Shown here one piece after another: positions 53,181-58,379 of a stretch of 58,379 nt of DNA. The notes under the pieces were generated by a model. That model saw nothing but the letters and a program-made list of their open reading frames with translations. It was not told the DNA's origin and did no database searches. Every line of letters begins with the position of its first letter. The stretch's first letter is position 1. The translations under genes were made by a program, and so were the position numbers. The DNA is taken from positions 1 to 58,379 of the IMG/VR virus record IMGVR_UViG_3300027965_000006. The stretch is one strand, 5' to 3'. Source of the stretch: a virus. Its lineage: Duplodnaviria; Caudoviricetes.

Positions 53181-54823
53181 TGGCCGACGCGCCCCCCTTT
53201 AACCCGAACGCCCCGTTCGATACCGTGACAGGTCCGGCGGCACCGCCGCCGTTCGATCCGAATAAGCCGTTTGAGCCAGTCGATCAGCCGGCCGCGCCGC
53301 CGCACGGCACGTTCCTCGGCGCGCTCGAATCGCTCGGCACCGGAGCGGTGCAATGGGCGCTCCAGCAGGCGCGCGGCGAGCAGATCGAGTCGGAGGACCG
53401 CGCGCGAGCATTCACCGATCAGCCGAATGCCGGGCCGCCAATCCCGACCGGCGACCAGGCCAATCAGATGCTCGGCCTGCATCAACCGACCGGATTCATG
53501 GAGCGCGGCGCCGAGGCGGTCGGCAGCAATCTCGTCAATCCCGGCAGCTGGTTCGGGCCAGGCGGCTGGATCGCCAAGGGATTGATGGCGGTCGGGTCGG
53601 GCGTCGGCTCGGAGGCGGCCGGCGAGGCATTCCAGGGGACGAGCCTGGAGATGCCGGCGCGGATCGTCGGCGGCATGGCGGCGGGCCCGCTCGCTGCCCG
53701 CGCGATCAAGCCGACGCTGCGGCCGGACCAGCAGGCGCTGGCGGATGCCGGCGTCACCATGACGCCCGGTCAGCTTTTCCCGGGCCCCCTCGGGTGGGCG
53801 AAGGACATCGAGGACCGGGCCTCGAGCTTTCCGATCCTCGGCAGCTTCATCAAGGCGGGGCGCCAGCGTTCCGTCGAATCCTTCAACAGGGCGGTCGGCA
53901 ACCAGGCGCTGGAGCCGATCGGCGAGCGGCTCGATCCGCGCACGCCGGCCGGGCACGAGACCATCGGCGAGGTCGAGCAGAAGCTCGGCGACGCCTATGA
54001 CAATCTGCTGCCGAGCCTCCATTACATTCCGGACCGGCAATTTGCCGTCGACATGAACGGCATCCTTCGCAACGAAGTGAACCTGATGCCGGCGCCGCAA
54101 CAGGCCCAGTTCCACAACATCGTGGATACGGTGCTCGGGCCGCCGGCGCCGATGAACGGGGCGATGCTCAAGAACATCGAAAGCGAGCTTACGGCCAGAG
54201 CCGCCAACTACAGCTCCTCGCAGATCGCTTCCGAGCGCGACCTCGGGCGCGCGCTCAATGGCGTGATCCGTTCGATCCGCTCCAACCTGGAGCGGAGCAA
54301 CCCGGCGCAGGCGGACGAGCTTTCGCGCATCAATGCCGGCTGGGCGATGTTCTCGCGCATGCGTGGCGCCGCGGCCCGGCGCGCCACCAGCGACGGGGTG
54401 TTCACGCCTTCTGATCTGCTCGCCGCAATCCGATCCGGAGACAAGTCGGTCGCGCGCGGCGCGTTTGCGCGCGGCGACGCGCTGATGCAGGCATTCGGCG
54501 AGGCTGGCCAGCGGGTATTGCCGAGCAAGGTCGGATCGAGCGGCACGACCGAGCGGGCCTCGCTGATCGGCGGCCTTGCGGCGGCCGCGCATTACATCCA
54601 CGAGCCGCACGTCCTCGCTGGCACCATGGCGGCCGGCACGGCAGCGACGCTGCCCTACACGCGCCCCGGCATGTGGGCGGTCAATCGCTGGGCGGCGCCG
54701 ACGACCGGCGCCCGCGCCGGCTACGCGGCCGCGGCGCAGGGACCCTATTCACTTTTCATGCGCCCGGCGGTCCAGGCGGCCCCGTTCGCCTTCCTCAATC
54801 CCTACGCGCCGTCGTCGCCCTAA
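53177..54823 (+). CDS. Putative DNA ejection protein
   Basis: 548 aa Ala/Gly-rich; N-terminal PFNPNAPF/PFDPNKPF; MTPGQ; SSGTTER. Confidence 0.7.
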   Translation: MMADAPPFNPNAPFDTVTGPAAPPPFDPNKPFEPVDQPAAPPHGTFLGALESLGTGAVQWALQQARGEQIESEDRARAFTDQPNAGPPIPTGDQANQMLGLHQPTGFMERGAEAVGSNLVNPGSWFGPGGWIAKGLMAVGSGVGSEAAGEAFQGTSLEMPARIVGGMAAGPLAARAIKPTLRPDQQALADAGVTMTPGQLFPGPLGWAKDIEDRASSFPILGSFIKAGRQRSVESFNRAVGNQALEPIGERLDPRTPAGHETIGEVEQKLGDAYDNLLPSLHYIPDRQFAVDMNGILRNEVNLMPAPQQAQFHNIVDTVLGPPAPMNGAMLKNIESELTARAANYSSSQIASERDLGRALNGVIRSIRSNLERSNPAQADELSRINAGWAMFSRMRGAAARRATSDGVFTPSDLLAAIRSGDKSVARGAFARGDALMQAFGEAGQRVLPSKVGSSGTTERASLIGGLAAAAHYIHEPHVLAGTMAAGTAATLPYTRPGMWAVNRWAAPTTGARAGYAAAAQGPYSLFMRPAVQAAPFAFLNPYAPSSP

Positions 54824-54894
54824 GTCGGCGACCCGACCGTGTCGCGCTACCGCCGGTAGTGACTTTGCCGTAAGAGTGAGTGTATATTCATCTC

Positions 54895-55266
54895 ATGCGG
54901 CCTCTCTCGATCGCGGTCCTCATCCTCGTCGCGTTCGCCCTTCCGGCCAGCCCGCGCTGGCGGGCGGAATACGCGAGTGCGCCCGTCGCGGTGCAGCAAT
55001 GGTACCGCAACGCGGAGCTGACCCCGGCGGCGCAGGAGCGCTTCCCGTTCAAGAAATGCTGCGACCATGCGGACGTGGTGAAGACGAAGTTCAACGTCAA
55101 CCGCACGACCGCCGGCGACGAATGGTATTGGCTCGACGGCGATACGTGGCGGCGCATTCCCGACGACATCATCCATTGGAACGAGCGCGCGCCGGGCGGG
55201 CAGCCGACGCTGTTCGTCTATTCCGGCCAGGAAACCTGCTTCTTTCCCGGCGATGGAGGCATCTGA
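54895..55266 (+). CDS. Secreted Cys-containing protein
   Basis: Signal peptide MRPLSIAVLILVAFALPA; CCDHAD...TCFFPG. Confidence 0.7.
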   Translation: MRPLSIAVLILVAFALPASPRWRAEYASAPVAVQQWYRNAELTPAAQERFPFKKCCDHADVVKTKFNVNRTTAGDEWYWLDGDTWRRIPDDIIHWNERAPGGQPTLFVYSGQETCFFPGDGGI

Positions 55267-56066
55267 TGGCGGCTTCGTCCTATGATGCCTGCGAGGCGCG
55301 CCTGCTGGTTCACGAGGGCGGCTACACCAACGATCCACGCGACCCTGGCGGCCCGACGAATTGGGGCATCACGATCGCGGACTATCGCCACTACAAGATG
55401 CCCAACGCGACGGCCGCCGACGTGAAGGCAATGCCGTTGGCCGATGCCAAGGACATCTACCGGCGCAAATATTGGGTGGCGAACGGCCTCTCCTGCGACG
55501 ACCTTCCCGCTGGTGTCGACGACAGCGTCTTTGATTATCGCGTGAATTCCGGGATCGGCCGCGCCGACAAGGTGCTGCGCCGCGTGCTCGGGCTGCCCGA
55601 CGATGCGCCGAACGGCGTCGTGATCGGCGCTCTCGAGCAGCGCGATACCAAGGCCGTCATCAACGCCATCAACGACGAGCGGATCGCGTTCCTGCGCAGC
55701 CTGCGCACCTGGGACCATTTCGGGGCGGGGTGGGGGCGGCGCGTCGCCGAGGTGCGCGCGTTCTCGCTCCAGCTCGCCGAGGGCGCGGCGCCCCCGACGC
55801 CGGTTCCGAGCGACGACGTCCAGCACGCCCGCAAGGGCCGCGTGCCGGCTCCTACCAAGGCCCGCACCGACATCAAGACTGCGGGGACGACCGCGACGGC
55901 GACCGCCACGGCCGCGGCGCACGGACATCCCGCGCTCGCCGCTGCCGCGATCATCGGCGGCGCCGTCGTCACCCTCGGCGCCCTGTGGTGGATCAACCGC
56001 AAGCACCAGGCGGCGCAGGAAGCGCCCATCCCCAACGTCATCCCGGTTCCCGCCAAGGCGGCCTGA
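55266..56066 (+). CDS. Endolysin, GH108 lysozyme with PG-binding region and C-terminal hydrophobic segment
   Basis: HEGGYTNDPRDPGGPTNWGIT, FD..VNSG, FGAGWGRRV; ATG 55266 with GGAGG SD. Confidence 0.92.
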   Translation: MAASSYDACEARLLVHEGGYTNDPRDPGGPTNWGITIADYRHYKMPNATAADVKAMPLADAKDIYRRKYWVANGLSCDDLPAGVDDSVFDYRVNSGIGRADKVLRRVLGLPDDAPNGVVIGALEQRDTKAVINAINDERIAFLRSLRTWDHFGAGWGRRVAEVRAFSLQLAEGAAPPTPVPSDDVQHARKGRVPAPTKARTDIKTAGTTATATATAAAHGHPALAAAAIIGGAVVTLGALWWINRKHQAAQEAPIPNVIPVPAKAA

Positions 56067-56080
56067 GAGGAGAAGGAATC

Positions 56081-56419
56081 ATGCTGCTCACGCTCCGTCT
56101 CGTCTTCGACTTCGGACTCGCGGCGCTCGCGGCCTATTTCGTGTTCAACGTCTATGCTGGCTACCGCGCCGCGACCGGCACCGTATGGCAGCGCCTGCTC
56201 GCCGGCGCACGCAACTCGGCGACGATGCTGTGGAGCAAGTTCTGCATCATCCTCGCGGCCGTCGTCGCCAATCTCGACCAGATCGCCGATGCGATCGGGC
56301 AGCCGGAGGCGAAGCAATACATCGCCGACATCCTCGGCAACCCGAAGGCGGTCGCCGGCGTGATGCTCGCGATCACCGCCGTGACGATGATCGCGCGGGC
56401 GCGCACGCTCACGAGCTGA
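56081..56419 (+). CDS. Membrane protein, holin candidate
   Basis: Up to three hydrophobic segments; follows the endolysin gene. Confidence 0.6.
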   Translation: MLLTLRLVFDFGLAALAAYFVFNVYAGYRAATGTVWQRLLAGARNSATMLWSKFCIILAAVVANLDQIADAIGQPEAKQYIADILGNPKAVAGVMLAITAVTMIARARTLTS

Positions 56420-56423
56420 CGCG

Positions 56424-56882
56424 ATGATCGCCCTGCAGTTCGCCGCCGAGGATGGCTGGCCGTCGCGCCTGATCGAGTTCTATGGGCACGGCGCGTTCTC
56501 CCACGTCGACGCCGTGCTGCCCGACGGCAACCTGCTCGGTGCCCGGCTGATGGGCGGCGTCGCCATCCGCAAGGACGGCTACGCGCATTTCGCCCGCACG
56601 CGACGCATCGACCTCGATGCGCTCGCGACGCCGGCGCAGGCCGAGGCATTCTACGCTTTCCTGACCCGTCAGGTCGGCAAGCCTTACGATTCATGGGCCA
56701 TCGCCGGGTTCGTTTCGGGACGCGACTGGCGCGCCGACGACAAATGGTTCTGCTCCGAGCTCGCCGCCGCGGCGCTGGAGGCGGCCGGCATCATCCGCAG
56801 GCTGCTCACGCCCGCGAACAAGCTCACGCCACCCGACCTGCTGCTGGTGCTGAGCGCGCTGACCGACCTGGAGGCGGCCTGA
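56424..56882 (+). CDS. Permuted papain-like NlpC/P60 (YiiX/YebB-like) hydrolase
   Basis: FSHV...GKPYD...WFCSEL (His before Cys). Confidence 0.85.
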   Translation: MIALQFAAEDGWPSRLIEFYGHGAFSHVDAVLPDGNLLGARLMGGVAIRKDGYAHFARTRRIDLDALATPAQAEAFYAFLTRQVGKPYDSWAIAGFVSGRDWRADDKWFCSELAAAALEAAGIIRRLLTPANKLTPPDLLLVLSALTDLEAA

Positions 56883-56883
56883 C

Positions 56884-57303
56884 ATGCTCTCGCTGCTCGC
56901 CTCGCTGATCGGGCTCATTCCGGGGCTGACCAATCTCGCCTCGACCATCGCGACCAAGGCGTTCGACGCCAAGGTCAAGATGTTCCAGGCGCGCACCGGT
57001 GCAGACCGCGACGTCGCCGTGCAAGCGCTGCGCACGGCGGCGCTGGAAAATCACGCCAGCGCCGAGCGTCTCAAGATCGTGGCCGGAAGCTGGCTGCTGA
57101 CCGCCCTGGTCGCCGGCTTCGCACTGCCGCTGATCGTCTTCGAATGGAAGGTGGTGGTGGTCGACATCGTGCTCAAGCTCGGCACGACCGATCCGATCAG
57201 GGGCCAGGTCGCCGACTGGGCGCAGGTGATCATCGCCTCGCTGTTCGGCTCGACCAGCGCCGTTGCCGTGACCAGCATGTGGCTGAACCGCAAGAACCAA
57301 TAG
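56884..57303 (+). CDS. Membrane protein, holin-like
   Basis: Amphipathic N-terminus, two C-terminal TM segments, TDP motif. Confidence 0.6.
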   Translation: MLSLLASLIGLIPGLTNLASTIATKAFDAKVKMFQARTGADRDVAVQALRTAALENHASAERLKIVAGSWLLTALVAGFALPLIVFEWKVVVVDIVLKLGTTDPIRGQVADWAQVIIASLFGSTSAVAVTSMWLNRKNQ

Positions 57304-57426
57304 CAGGCGGGGCGCGCGACCGCAGGAACGACCGCACGCCCCTTGACACCAGCAAGAGGAAAACTTGCCGATGCCCAGAAGCACAATACGAGGGGAAATG
57401 CTAACCGGACGTGAAGGCCGCCGGAA

Positions 57427-57705
57427 ATGAGTGCTGCAATCTGGATCGCGCTCGGCGGCTTCGTCCTGACGGCGATTGGCGGCATTTTCGGCGCGCTACT
57501 GGTGCCTTGGCGCCTTCGTGGCTGGCTCGGTGATCAGTTCGACGCGACCCGCAAGATGTTCAACGACACCATGAAGTCGCACGAGGACAAGGATCAGGAG
57601 CGCCACGAAGAGAACCTTGAGCGATTCGCTCGGATACGCATCGCACTTGCCAAGGCGGGTATCAACCCGAATGGCGAGAATGGAATAGCGCAGGACCGCC
57701 ACTAA
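57427..57705 (+). CDS. Single-TM lysis-module protein
   Basis: N-terminal TM, then HEDKDQERHEENLERF. Confidence 0.65.
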   Translation: MSAAIWIALGGFVLTAIGGIFGALLVPWRLRGWLGDQFDATRKMFNDTMKSHEDKDQERHEENLERFARIRIALAKAGINPNGENGIAQDRH

Positions 57706-57725
57706 TCGGCATGGGGAAGATTCCA

Positions 57726-58238
57726 ATGGCCCGACTTCTTGCCTTTGCTCTCGCAATCCTCGCCTGTCTTCCGGCGCAAGCCCGACACGCTCATCGGCAC
57801 CATCATCATTCCGTTTTTCGCTCTGGCGGATCCGGGCCGGCGCGATGCGATGACCGATTCCTTTCTTCTTGCGACGTGCGCTCGTGGCAGGAGACGCGGC
57901 GGCGAGTTCACGCGACATCGATCCCTGCGGGCTCGATCGTCTCGCACCCCGCGGGCTGCCCGCATGTCGCCTTCTGCGGCTGCGGTGCCGCCGTCGAGAT
58001 GTTCGGGCGTCCGATCAGGGAATTGTGGCTCGCTGCCAACTGGTTCCGGTTTCCTCGATCCGCGCCCGGGCCGGGAACGGCGGCTGTCCGCCAGCATCAC
58101 GTCATGGTCATCCGGGAATATCTCGGCGGCGGCCGGGCGCTGGTCTACGACGCCAACTCGGGGCACCACCTGACGCGAGTTCATGTCGTGTCACTTGCCG
58201 GCTACACGATCGTCAAGCCGCGCGAGCGATACTTCTGA
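57726..58238 (+). CDS. Secreted protein with CHAP/NlpC-like Cys-His motifs
   Basis: Signal peptide, His tract, FCGCG...LAANW...HHV...DANSG. Confidence 0.65.
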   Translation: MARLLAFALAILACLPAQARHAHRHHHHSVFRSGGSGPARCDDRFLSSCDVRSWQETRRRVHATSIPAGSIVSHPAGCPHVAFCGCGAAVEMFGRPIRELWLAANWFRFPRSAPGPGTAAVRQHHVMVIREYLGGGRALVYDANSGHHLTRVHVVSLAGYTIVKPRERYF

Positions 58239-58307
58239 CCAATCCGGCCTTGCGGCCGGATACAGGGCGCCTTCCTCCCAAGCGACCCTGTCCAATGCCC
58301 TGACTTC

Positions 58308-58339
58308 GGGCCGCTGGCGATGAGCTGGCGGCCCTTTTT
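58308..58339 (+). terminator. Rho-independent terminator of the late operon
   Basis: GGGCCGCTGGC-GATGA-GCTGGCGGCCC followed by TTTTT. Confidence 0.8.
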
Positions 58340-58379
58340 CATTTGCGCACCCGCCGAACCATCACCTTGGCTCGATATG

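Larger units (their letters stand above)
1..58379. mobile_element. Temperate podovirus-like phage/prophage genome (near complete; integrase and att sites not in window)
   Basis: Ordered modules: recombination, cI/cro, replication, terS/terL, portal, capsid, short-tail and ejection proteins, lysis. No tape measure or sheath gene recognised. Confidence 0.95.

Noticed and set aside
50214-54610. Minus-strand ORFs 50214-52934 and 53162-54610
   Set aside because: Antisense shadows of the ejection-protein genes with no motifs.
477-56066. ORF-track starts for bet (1841), cI (5938), oxidoreductase (23433) and endolysin (54576)
   Set aside because: The upstream extensions overlap other real genes. 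Downstream starts at 1370, 5500, 22728 and 55266 match the domain boundaries, and all but cI have an SD.
1-58379. Window is a complete circular genome
   Set aside because: Joining the ends continues the HNH ORF as AYRAKVMVRRVRK-stop rather than the expected N..LC..CH, and no terminal repeat was seen.
1-58379. tRNA, rRNA, CRISPR array, integrase or reverse transcriptase/DGR
   Set aside because: No cloverleaf, regularly spaced repeat-spacer array or diagnostic catalytic motifs were recognised by eye. A tRNAscan or HMM run would be needed to exclude them fully.

Overview
This is a near-complete genome of a GC-rich temperate, short-tailed (podovirus-like) dsDNA phage or prophage, probably infecting an alphaproteobacterium of the Hyphomicrobiales (inferred from gene content). 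No integrase, tRNA, rRNA or CRISPR array was seen, and the window starts inside an HNH gene. Order of modules: leftward early arm (Bet/YqaJ recombination, Dam-like methylase); cI/cro switch with TGGGAC-N5-GTCCCA operators; rightward replication arm (RusA, methylase, DUF559 nuclease, initiator with iterons); small leftward regulatory cassettes; GIY-YIG and terS; about 12 kb of inserted, mostly leftward DNA; terL; portal, GroES-like protein, scaffold, capsid; Ser/Thr-rich virion and tail genes; ejection proteins; lysis genes. Main observations: (1) The terS-terL insert encodes an almost complete pseudaminic-acid-type nonulosonate pathway (PseB, PseC, two GNATs, PseI, cytidylyltransferase fused to a class III aminotransferase, oxidoreductase, methyltransferase). 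A CstII/Maf-like sialyltransferase-fold gene sits in the morphogenesis operon among very Ser/Thr-rich virion proteins. Together these suggest the phage makes a sialic-acid-like sugar and glycosylates its own virion (inference). (2) terL carries a 382-aa intein whose homing HNH endonuclease is encoded in the +1 frame. (3) There is a candidate programmed -1 frameshift, an ATA start codon, and a recurring short GG motif in likely internal head proteins. All product calls come from motif recognition by eye; no database searches were run.
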